From NCBI GenBank assembly GCA_951406725.2, contig OX597831.1, positions 36,022,001 to 36,086,000 on the forward strand: DNA of 64,000 nt, in the 5' to 3' direction. Of the stretch, positions 53,155 through 64,000 are shown one piece after another. The stretch is from Octopus vulgaris (Eukaryota). Positions within the stretch are counted from its first letter, which is position 1. Each line of letters opens with the position of its first letter. Below the pieces are notes generated by a model. The model saw only the letters and a program-made list of their open reading frames with translations. It had not been told where the DNA came from and ran no database searches. Both the position numbers and the translations under genes were made by a program.

Positions 53155-54055
53155 TCATCATCGTCATCATCCAGTGGTTTAAATCCAGATTTTGTCCCCG
53201 TCAACGGGGATGGCCGGATCTACTTCAATACCGTAGTAACCACCCTCACACCGTCTCACCATCTTGCCTTGTTCAGGGTATCCTCCTTTCTCAAGCCAGC
53301 CCTCCCAATCTCCTCCTCCACCTGTCCCCTCCACATTTTCCTTGGTCAAACTTGCTTCCATGGTCTATTTGCTGCAAACTCAAACACCCTCCTCAGAACA
53401 TGTTCCTCATCCCTCCTCAGCACATGCCCTTACCACTGCACTCCATTCTCCCTTACCAGCCATTCCACCGATTCCTCCAACCCCAGCATCTCCATCAAGT
53501 CGTCAGTCCTTCTCTTATCAAACAGTTTCACACTACATTTCTCACACCGTTGCTCTCTCAGTCCTTCTCAAAATTTCCATCTCTCTCTCTCCCCCTCAGA
53601 CAGACACCATGCCTCATTCCCATACAGCATTGCAGCTCTCACACAACTCCTATAGACCCTTCCTTTCATCTTTAATGAGAATCTTTTCCCATATAACAAT
53701 GCTCCACATTCCGTTAACTTCACCCAACCAAGCCTCACGTTTGCTGTTACAGATGCTTCACATCCACCACTTACATCCACCCTATCTCCTAAATAACAAA
53801 ACCCTCTTACCATTCCCACCTCATCACATAGCACTTCCACTGGTTCCGCCAGCCGTCCAGCTCTTTTCTCACATCTTCCACTAATAAACTCTCTCACCAA
53901 TCTTGGGGTCACCTTCATTTTTGTACATTTACGATGAATCCATTCCTCACATCTCATACACAACACTGCATTTGCCATTACCCTCCTCCCACATTCATGA
54001 AATGGGTCCACCTTACTCACTAACACTTCTCCTTTCACCCTGCTCACTATCAGTG
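53155..54055 (-). pseudogene. RTE LINE 3' portion (PHD-like finger, RT C-terminus, (GAT)n tail)
   Basis: ECGRRVMANAVLCMRCEEWIHRKC; FCYLGD...GGCEASVTANVRLGWVK; KGRVYRSCVRAAMLYGNEAW. Confidence 0.9.
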
Positions 54056-54347
54056 CTTTATAATAATAATAATAATAATAATAATAGTAATAATAATAAC
54101 AATAATAATAATAATAGAAAATAACATCCATCTATGAATTTATTTATTTATTAATTTTTATATACATATTTTATCTGTGAATTTGTGCGTGTAATCTGGG
54201 AATGCACACAATGCCCTTCTCTGCCCTAGGTGTATGGAAAACACTCGGCGAGAAATGGAAGAAAATTTGAAGAAAGAAGGAAATAAAAATAAAAATAATA
54301 ATAATAATAATAATCATCATCATCATCATCATCATTACTATTAATGT

Positions 54348-54795
54348 AAAGGTAGCGAGCTGGCAGAATCATTAACATGCTGAGGGAAATGCTTAACAGT
54401 ATTTCATCTGTCTTTATGTTTTGGGTTCAAATTTTGTTGAGGTCGACTTTGCCTTTCATCCTTTTGGTGGTCAATAAACTAAGTACCAGTGAAACACTGG
54501 GGTCGATGTAATCAACTACCCCACTCTCCCCAAAATTTCAGGCCTTGTGTCTATAATAGAAACGATTATTATTATTATTATTATTGATGTAAAGCTGGTG
54601 ATCTGGCAGAATCGTTAGCCTGTTGGGCAAAATGCTTAGTGACATTTCATTCTGAGTTCAAATTTCCCTGAAGTCAACTTCGCCTATGATCCTTTCAGGG
54701 TCGATAAATTAAGCACCAGTGAAACACTGGGGTCGATTACATTGACTAGCCCCCTCCCCCAAAATTTCAGGCCTTGTGCCTTTAATAGAAAAGAT
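54348..54795 (+). mobile_element. two SINE family B copies
   Basis: Heads at ~54348 and ~54590. Confidence 0.85.
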
Positions 54796-55387
54796 TATTA
54801 TTGATGTTGTTGTGTGTAGGACAAATCTGATTATTGGCCAAGTCCACCATGGCAATTACCACAACACAAACCTTTAACAAGGTAGCTTTCTTCTGTCTTG
54901 TGGCCAGGGTGAAAGTGGTTGTGTGGTTGACAAGGCTGAAACGGTTGAGAAGCGACACCTTGTTCTTCAGTGAGGCCCCTATCAACTTTTTTTAAGTTCC
55001 ACTCGGAAAGAAAAGTGAGGGTAGAGAAGGAAGTGCTATCTCCCAATCAATTCGTAAAAAGATAGATAGTGATGATAAAAATGATTAGAGTGAATAGCAC
55101 TACTCTAAGCATGCATCTGTGGACTGGGGAGCAACAGTTGGGCAAGGGCTTATGCCTTTAGGAACCAGGGTTATTCTGGATCTGAGGGGTTTCTTGATTG
55201 GCCCTACATAGAGGTTCTTGGAAGGACTGCCTCATTCATGTGTTCACATACCTTGTATACAATGGGTACTTTTATTTCATTTCTCTACCTTTCCACTTCC
55301 TTTTCCCTGATAGCTAATCTAACTCCTAACACAAATTATTGACTGTCCTTGTGATGTCTACTCAGCTATACTCTTGTAGCAAATAAA

Positions 55388-55883
55388 ATAAATTATTATT
55401 ATTACTATTGAGTGAGAGAGCAGTGCATGCCATCAAAGTGACACTGAGGTACAAATATACAAAGCCCAATATTCCCATCATGACTACCCACCCATCTGAT
55501 AAGGGTACACCAGGCACATGTATCACAACCATATGTGCAAGACATAGTGATCTCATATCAAGATAAACAGTGCATGACCTTGCAGATGGTTCCCAGTTAG
55601 AATTTTCTTCAGGTCGAGTAGCCCATCCTGCTCAAAAGGTCCCTGAATAATGGTTGTTAAAGGATGTTGAACAAAACACCCATGTTTCCAAAGGTGAATT
55701 ATCCAAACCCCAAAGAATTCCTTTCAACACATGGCTATGATACTCCCCCACTACTTCAGCTCATGATCAGAGATGCACATATTGCCAACCACCAAGGAAC
55801 ATGCTCAAATGGTTAAGGTCAAGTAACTGACAAACAAATCTGTGGTATTGAGCAGAATATTTGCCATAGCTCACCTTTTACAC
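55388..55883. mobile_element. unclassified repeat inserted in (TTA)n
   Basis: Complex sequence bounded on both sides by (TTA)n; family not identified. Confidence 0.35.
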
Positions 55884-56126
55884 TTATTATTATTATTATT
55901 ATTATCATTAAGACGGCAAGCTGGCAGAATCATTAGCATGCTGGACAAAATGCTTAGTGCAATTTCATCCATCACTACGTTCTGAGTTCAAATTCTACCG
56001 AGGTCAACTTTACTTTTATCCTTTTGGGGGTTGATAAATTAAATACCAGTGAAACACGGGGGTTGATATCTTTGACTATCCCCCGCCCCCAAATTTCAGG
56101 CCTTGTGCCTTTAGTAGAAAGGATTA

Positions 56127-56187
<61 letters not shown>

Positions 56188-56188
<1 letters not shown>

Positions 56189-56549
56189 TTTACCTCCGCC
56201 TTCACTAAGGCAGAGGTATTATTTGCAGTCATGTTCGTTTGACTGTGGACATGATAGCTCAAGAACCACTAAACGAATTCAGATGAAACTTTTGGTGACG
56301 TTTGGCCACGTAACTAACATCAATTGATTAGATTTTGGAATCGATCCGATAACGGACAAGGTTTCTGGATTATTTTTCCTGTGTTTTTTACTTAATTTTT
56401 GAGAGCGGTCATGTTCATTTTTAGTATTCTTGTTTGTGAGAGCAGTCGAGTTTATTTTAGATATTCTCATTTTAAAAATCCTCTCAGGCTAATCGTTGAG
56501 AAGACATTGGTGTTGCATTGGTGGAAGTTTGCACTCTCTGAGTGCTCTT
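56188..56549 (+). mobile_element. Helentron-associated (HINE/DINE-like) non-autonomous element
   Basis: 5' ttttacctccgcc, subterminal inverse ggtggaagt, 3' hairpin gcactc-tct-gagtgc, T-rich target. Confidence 0.65.
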
Positions 56550-56553
56550 ATTA

Positions 56554-56624
<71 letters not shown>

Positions 56625-56625
56625 G

Positions 56626-56940
56626 CTGCAGTGTGGAAGGTGTTTATAAGCCATTTAAAAACACAAAAAACCATTAGATTCACTTCAACATTTAAATTTT
56701 GAGACTGTGACCTGTTCACTGACAAAGTTCTGTGATGAATGGCGAAATTTCGTCAGCGAGCAGGTCGCGGTCTCAAAGCGATGAAAATATTTTGACAAAT
56801 TAAATTTAAATTTTGAAGTAAATCTAGCGGTTTTTGTGTAATTTTTAAATGGCTTATAAACACCTTCCACACTGCAATTGTTTTTGTTTCAGAACATGAT
56901 CTCAGATCAGGTCACTTGCTATGCAAGTACATCTCTGTAA
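56626..56940. mobile_element. foldback (inverted pair) of the 18105 family
   Basis: tgcagtgtggaaggtgtttataagccatttaaaaa / tttttaaatggcttataaacaccttccacactgca arms. Confidence 0.75.
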
Positions 56941-57230
56941 TTATTAATATTTTGTTTAAAATAGTAAGAATATAAATTATAAGTGTTGTTACAATTACTT
57001 ACACAACCCATTCCTATTTTGTCATGATTTTTATTGTTTGACAATTTCTTTTTGTCAGTGGGTTGTGGCCCTGCTGGTGCTTCGTCATTAATTTCTATAA
57101 ATTAACAAATGATAAAAAAATTTTACAAATTTACATTCAAGAAATATATCTTTGCCATCTGATTACTAATTAGTTCTATTTTAAGGCTTGATTTTGAGCT
57201 TGTAATAGAAATAAGTTCTTCTATCTTGAT

Positions 57231-57638
57231 ACTCTTTTATTCTTTTACTCTTTTACTTGTTTCAATCATTTGACTGCGGCCATGCTGGAGCACCGCCTTT
57301 AGTCGAGCAAATCAACCCCGGGACTTATTCTTTGTAACCCCAGTACTTATTCTATCGGTCTCTTTTGCCGAACCGCTAAGTAACGGGGACATAAACACAC
57401 CAGCAATGCTAGGGGGACAAACACAGACACACAAACATATACACACACACTTATATATATATATACATATATACGACAGGCTTCTTTCAGTTTCTGTCTA
57501 CCAAATCCACTCACAAGGCATTGGTCAGCCCGGGGCTATAGCAGAAGACACTTGCCCAAGATGTCACGCAGTGGGACTGAACCCGGAACCATGTGGTTGG
57601 TTAGCAAGCTACTTACCACACAGCCACTCCTGCACCTA
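57231..57638 (-). mobile_element. SINE family A
   Basis: Full structure. Confidence 0.9.
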
Positions 57639-58287
57639 TATCATTTGTTAAAACAGCATCTTAGCCACCACATCATATGTCACAATATTTTACATTGCTT
57701 TATCTATGTAAGTTAGACTGACTGTACATTTGGAGATCGTTTATACTGTACAACTGAATGCTGGCACATTATGATTATTAGCAATCGTCAAGAAACATCA
57801 TTCTGTGTAGTAAGTGAATTAACTTCACTAAAACTTATTCTAGCTTTCTTGTCTTATAAGTTTCATCTCTCTATCTCCCTCTTTCTCTCCTTCTCTCTCT
57901 CCCCCTCTCTCTTTCTCTCTCTCATTAGATAACAATGTCATGCTATCATGGAATGTTTTGACTGGAAGGACTGTGAATTCATGCTCTAAGATAATGAAAC
58001 GTTCATTAGTTATGCACTATCCTAGTTCTTTTATGGTAAACAGTGACAGCTACACCTCTAAATGGCGTCTGTTTACACTTAAATGAACAGAGCTATTGAG
58101 ACGCACATGAAATGTCCTCCACTGCGTAGCCAGTATACTGACATCTTAACAACATGGTTAGATTGTGAATCTTAAAGAAGCCACTGAATCCAAAATAATG
58201 TTATCAATCTAAGGTTGTAATTTAAATTGATGTTTCTGAGAAATATTTAACACTTGTCTCCAGTGATACAAGCTGAAGTAATCCCCA

Positions 58288-59765
58288 GTTATTGGAAGAA
58301 GAGTTGCTTCAGCTATTGGTAGAAATAACTACTGCCTCAATTATTGGTAGAAGTAATATTTTAGTTATTGGTAGATGTGACAGTTCAGTTATTGGTAGAA
58401 GTAATTTTTCAGTTATTGGTAGATATGACAGTTCAGTTAATGGTAGAAGTAATTTTTCAGTTATTGGTAGATGAGGCAGTTCAGTTATTGGTAGAAGTAA
58501 TTTTTCAGTTATTGGTAGATGAGACAGTTCAGTTAATGGTTGAAGTTAGTTTTCAGTTATTGGTAGATGTGACAGTTCAGTTAATGGTAGAAGTAATTTT
58601 TCAGTTATTGGTAGATGAGACAGTTCAGTTATTGGTAGAAGTAATTTTTCAGTTATTGGTAGATGAGACAGTTCAGTTATTGGTAGAAGTAAGTTTTCAG
58701 TTATTGGTAGATGTGACAGTTCAGTTAATGGTTGAAGTAATTTTTCAGTTATTGGTAGATGTGACAGTTCAGTTAATGGTAGAAGTAATTTTTCAGTCAT
58801 TGGCAGATGTGACAGTTTAGTTAGTGGTAGAAGTAATTTTTCAGTTATTGGTATATGTGACAGATCAGTTAGTGGTAGAAGTAATTTTTCAGTTATTGGT
58901 AGATGTGACAGTTCAGTTAATGGTTGAAGTAAGTTTTCAGTTATTGGTAGATGTGACAGTTCAGTTAATGGTTGAAGTAATTTTTCAGTTATTGGTAGAT
59001 GTGACAGTTCAGTTAATGGTTGAAGTAAGTTTTCAGTTATTGGTAGATGTGACAGTTCAGTTAATGGTAGAAGTAATCTTTCAGTCATTGGCAGATGTGA
59101 CAGTTTAGTTAGTGGTAGAAGTAATTTTTCAGTTATTGGTATATGTGACAGTTCAGTTAGTGGTAGAAGTAATTTTTCAGTTATTGGTAGATGTGACAGT
59201 TCTGTTACTGGTAGAAAGAAAAATTCCGTTACTGGTAGAAGTAATCTTTCAGTTAGTGACAAAGGTTCTGTTTCTGTTACTGATAGAAGTACTATTACAG
59301 TTACTGGTAGAAAAAATAATGGTGCAGTTAGAATTAGAAGCCATGTTTTAGCTATTGATACAAGAAAGGGTTTCATCACTAGTAGGAATAACTGCTTCAT
59401 TATTGGTAGAAGTAATTTTGTAGTTACTGGTTGAAGGCATATTTCTCTTACTGACACAAGTAATAGTTCAAATAATGGTAGAAATACTACTTTGATTACT
59501 AATAGAAGTACTACTTTAGTTACTGGTAGATGTACTATTTTAGTTATTAGTAATAGTTCAGTTACTTGCAGAAGCATTATTTCAGCTATTGATACATCTA
59601 ATGCATTTATTAATGGTAGAAGTAGTTTTGGTTACTGGTAGAAGCAATGCTTTTGAATTACTTGTAGAAGTGACAGTTTCAGATACTGGCAGAAGTAACT
59701 GTTCAAAAGACTGGTAGAAATGCTGCTCCATTTACAACAACTAACGGTTCAGTTAATGTCAGAAG
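58288..59765. repeat. 24-bp minisatellite with 48-bp higher-order dimer
   Basis: gttattggtagatgtgacagttca alternates with gttaatggtagaagtaatttttca; homogeneous core, diverged flanks. Confidence 0.95.
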
Positions 59766-60916
59766 TCCAGCATTTTAAAAACCAATTTTTTCATAATATT
59801 ACTACTACTACACACATCTATACTGCTCAATATTTCAATTCAATGTCTCGGCTTAGCTCTGTTTGGCAGAAGAGATGATGGCTGAGGTAGGTAGACTGGA
59901 AAGAATGTGTTTGTGGTACATTTTTTGGGAGGTGGACAGGGAGGGAATGGGGCTTCCTGTATTATTTTAGTTTTTAAAATTTTTTAGACATGACAGTTTC
60001 GTGTTTCATATTCACAGATAATCAGAGAAAAGTTGATCTATAGTTCTGTTTGATCGTAAATGTTTTATTTCTCCTCTTCTACTTTCCCTTCATTTTCACT
60101 TAGAGATTGCAGCATGCAATATAAGAAATATTCTCAAAGTAAATAGTCGTAAGCCATGAGACACGAAAACTGTTCATGAAATGAATGCTAAAAAGAACAA
60201 GACAAAACATAAACAAAAATATAAATGCTTTTTGTCAGTTTTTAAGTTTTTCTTCATTTCTTCCTTAAAAGCAAATAATAAGATGAATAATAAAGAGGAA
60301 ACTCTGCAAAAAAATAATACAAGGAAAATAATACAAACACCAACAACTTCATGATCACTTTGAAGAAGAGTAAACAGATAAGAGATTATGTTCATATGAT
60401 TTAAGAGCCAAAAGAGATGATTATCAATTCCTTTTTTTTTATGGAGATATCTTTACAGACTGATGTACTATTTGATTAAAGTAAGGGTTTTACATTCTTT
60501 GTTTATTTCAAACTTGAAGAAAACAAAATGAAAAATATATATATATGTATATAATTGGAAAAAAAAAATGATAAAAATGAAGAAAAAAGCATCATGCAGA
60601 TGGCTGAACATAGAAAAGAGCAGGTTTGTGCAAAATATGGTCTGAAAGACATACAAGATCCTCTGAGACTTCTGGTGCAAGCTGTGAGCAACTCCGGAGA
60701 AAAAGATATGTATTGATAGAAAAGTTAAGGGATAAACAGTAGAAATAACTGGGTGAAAATGAGCATATTCTATATTTTCAGAATATATTAGTTAAATTAA
60801 CGTTAACATTTAATGCAGGGAATATTAAGAAGTTAAGATTAGATTATGCAGTAAGAGAAATACCCAATATTAGTTAATAGAGAATATTCTTTTAGTTATT
60901 CTGTTAGTTATATGTT

Positions 60917-61214
60917 TGTTCCTTCTCAAGCCATGCCTGGCTCATAAGGGCCAGTTTCCCAGTTTCCTTAGTGTATAGGTTCCCCAACTAGACAGGACGC
61001 CGGTCCATCGCAGGTGAGCTGCAAGATGCAGGAGGAAAGAGTGAGAGAAATTTGTGGCGAAAGAGTCAGTAGAAGTTCGCCATTACCTTCTGCCGGAGCC
61101 ACGTGGAGCTTAGGTGTTTTGCTAATAAACACACACATCGCCCGGTCTGAGATTCGAACCCGCGATCCCTCAACCGTGAGTCCGCTGCTCTAACCACTTG
61201 GCCATGTGCCTCCA
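60917..61214 (-). mobile_element. SINE family D variant
   Basis: Close copy of 22915-23209. Confidence 0.85.
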
Positions 61215-61367
61215 CCGTTAGTTATATGAGAAAGCTACTCACATATTACAGTCTTATCGTGACTTCACCAGACAAGCATAGATTTCATTCTCTACATAAA
61301 TCTATTTTCCTATGGTAATGAATATAGAGTATAATTTAATTTGTCAACTCACCAGTTCGGTCTACTG

Positions 61368-61589
61368 TCACTGCAGGATGGATAACCTCCATGATATGTT
61401 GTTGGTTTGTTCTTTTGAACAGATAGCTATTAGATGGGTGTTACTGCCACATATGTAACAGATAGTTCTTCTATCTTGGATGCTGAGCTTTAATATTTTC
61501 TCAGCAGACTCTACAAGCTGCAGATTTGTTATTTCCTTTTGGTTTTGCGAGGCTGTGAGAACTTGAATGTCTATGTTGATCCTAACCAA
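61368..61589 (-). pseudogene. LINE ORF1/gag-like fragment with CCHC zinc knuckle
   Basis: CYICGSNTHLIAIC fits CX2CX4HX4C. Confidence 0.6.
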
Positions 61590-61597
61590 TCACATAT

Positions 61598-61793
61598 TAC
61601 CAAGGGAAAAGCAAAGGGGCTGATACAGCTTGGCACCAGTGACATCGCAGCACATTTCTACAGCTGAGTGAACTGGAGTAACATGAAATAAAGTGTTTTA
61701 CTGAAGAACACAACACACACCCTGATCCAGGAATCGAACTCTCTACTTCTTGATTGTGAGTCTGACGCTCTAACCACTGAGCCACGTATCTTC
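61598..61793 (-). mobile_element. tRNA-derived SINE (family E/D-related)
   Basis: Head gtggctcagtggttagagcgtcagactcac..gagttcgattcctgg. Confidence 0.75.
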
Positions 61794-61896
61794 ATTAGTT
61801 GTAGGAGCAGTAGTAATAAGAAGGTTTGTAGTTAGTTAACGCAACATCCTAGAACTGTTAGTTATTTCACCATTAATTGAAAGGAAGTGAAGTCAC

Positions 61897-62185
61897 ATGG
61901 CTTAGTGGTTAGAGTATTTGGCTCATGAGCATAAGGTCATGAGTTCGATTCCTGGTAATATATTGTGTCCTTGAGCAAGACACTTTATTTCATGTTGCCT
62001 CAGTCCACTCAGCTGGCAAAAATGAGTAGTACCTATACTTCAAAGGACCAACCTTGTCACATTCTTTGTCATGCTGTATCTCCCTGACAATTCCATTAAG
62101 GGCATGCGTGTCTGTGGTGTACTCAGGCTGTTCTGTTGATCAAATCAACTGGAATCCTCGTCATTATAACCGAAGGTGTGCCCAG
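61897..62185 (+). mobile_element. SINE family E
   Basis: tggcttagtggttagag..gagttcgattcctgg..ccttgagcaagacac. Confidence 0.8.
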
Positions 62186-62448
62186 TTATTTGAGAGGAAA
62201 AAAAAAAAACCCCAGAAAGAAACCTAGATGGATATGAACTCAGGACTGTAAAATGAAAGGTAATCATTATCTTCAGTCTGTCTGTATGTCCTTCTTTATC
62301 CACGTCATCCCTACCATCATATCTACTTCCCACAACTCATCTACTCATCAATATTAATGTAATTCTTGATAATAAAGTGTCTTGAAGACAAGGAAAGTAT
62401 CCGTGCATGTGAGTATGTCTTTTGTGTGTGTGTGTGTGTGTGGTGTGT

Positions 62449-62504
<56 letters not shown>

Positions 62505-63599
62505 TGTGAGTACATATATAAAAGAAGATGGAAAGTGATATTGAGAAAAGGCAATATTTACTTTCAGGGACCAATAATCAGAACTGTGTTTGAAGTTGTA
62601 TCAGAATTTAATCAATTTCCTTGCATATTTATTCAAAGAAAATTGTATTCCAATAATAATAATAATAATTGTATTCCAATAATAATAATAATAATAATAA
62701 TAAAAAGTCACTGCATATTTATATGAGAGATTGAATATATCTTACTTATATATCACTTGTTTAACTGTGTTGTTGTTTTTTACTAGGCAATAGTTTGTAG
62801 TAGTAGTAGTAGTAGTAGTAGTAGTAATAGTAGTAGTTGTTGTTGTTATTGCCCTCTTTAAGTACAGAGAGATGACAACTTAATGGTAGAATCTTTGGCA
62901 TGATTTTTATGCAATTTTTATCGTTGTTGGTGTAGCTGCTTAGTTCCAGATCATCCCCGATGGAGTAGACCTATGATCAAAGATATTCCAGCAGTAAGCA
63001 TTCCGACATTATTTTATCTTTAATCATAATACTTCTTTTAAGATGGTAGTGTGTAGTATGCAGAGATAGGAAGATTGGACTACTATTTCTAGCAAATCCA
63101 GTGAACATGTACTGGCTTTGTCACTAGATCAGGCAGGCTTTCTCAGGGTATCTGAGTTCTAAAAGCTGTCTATTATGTCATGTCAGGTGCATGAAAACAG
63201 ATTCATTAGTGTCTGTTCCCTGACTATTAATTGAATATATCTTGCATTTTAGCATCCTTACAGCTTCTATATAAACAAAACTGTTATTACAGATATTCAG
63301 CCATAAACTGAATGTCTGTATGTTTAACCATTTTTGAGAGAGGCAGTGTAATATTTGTGGATAAACTGATTGTGATTCCTTGCAGTATCCAAAAAGGGAG
63401 GCAATTTAATATATTTTTGTCTTGCAAGCAACCTGGTGACCCTGTTAGTGCAGGTGCCACTTAAAAAGCATCCAGTCCATGCTGTAAAATGGTTGGCATT
63501 TGGAAGGGCATCCAGCTGTAAAAACCTTGCCAAAAACTGACCTTGCCAGTGTTGGTGCCATGTAAACAGCACTAAAGCCACTCTGAAATATTTTGAGGA

Positions 63600-63992
63600 G
63601 GGGGGATGGTTGATTAAATTGATCCCATTATGCAACTGGTACTTAATTTTTTGACCTTTAAAGGATGAAAAGCAAAGTCAACCTTGGCAGAATTTGAACT
63701 TAGAATTTAAAGACAGACAATATATTGCTATGCATTTCACCAAGCATGCTAATGTTTCTTATTTCGTTGTTGCCCACAAGGAGCTAAACATAGAGGGGAC
63801 AAACAAGGACAGACAAAGGGATTAAGTTGATTTCATCGACCCCAGTGTGTAACTACTACTTAATTTCTCGATCCCGAAAGGATGAAAGGCAAAGTCAACC
63901 TCGGCAGAATTTGAACTCAGAACGTAATGGCAGATGAAATACCGCTAAGAATTTCGCCTGGCATGCTAACATTTCTGCCAGCTTGCTACCTT
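63600..63992 (-). mobile_element. two SINE family B copies
   Basis: Reverse bodies. Confidence 0.85.
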
Positions 63993-64000
63993 ACCATACT

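Noticed and set aside
58292-59210. Selenoprotein hypothesis (TGA at Cys positions in the plus frame)
   Set aside because: TGA also replaces Arg codons, no SECIS was identified, and single substitutions spread by repeat homogenisation explain the pattern.

Overview
This window is eukaryotic, AT-rich and almost entirely repetitive. It is most likely intronic or intergenic DNA from an octopus or other coleoid cephalopod; that is an inference from the SINE families and the very dense (TA)n/(CA)n/(AAT)n/(TCTA)n tracts. I recognise no host protein-coding exon, and nearly all supplied ORFs are microsatellite or SINE artefacts. Coding remnants are all transposon-derived: a mariner transposase pseudogene (6072-7075), a Penelope-type GIY-YIG fragment (17477-17705), two RTE LINE fragments, a Hero/R2-group 3' end and a CCHC gag-knuckle fragment. 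At least five SINE-like families recur (labelled A-E here), along with MITEs of hAT, Tigger, piggyBac and Merlin type, Helitron/Helentron-type elements and a probable solo LTR. The most interesting signal is a set of non-coding Penelope-like elements carrying minimal type-I hammerhead ribozyme motifs, in three distinct families. One family has a tRNA-derived Pol III head and may be a Penelope-mobilised 'ribozyme SINE'. Also notable are 28S rRNA and tRNA-Glu fragments captured at RTE-SINE tails, a duplicated conserved hairpin, and a frame-preserving 24-bp repeat array. All alignments and folds were done by eye, so boundaries are approximate.
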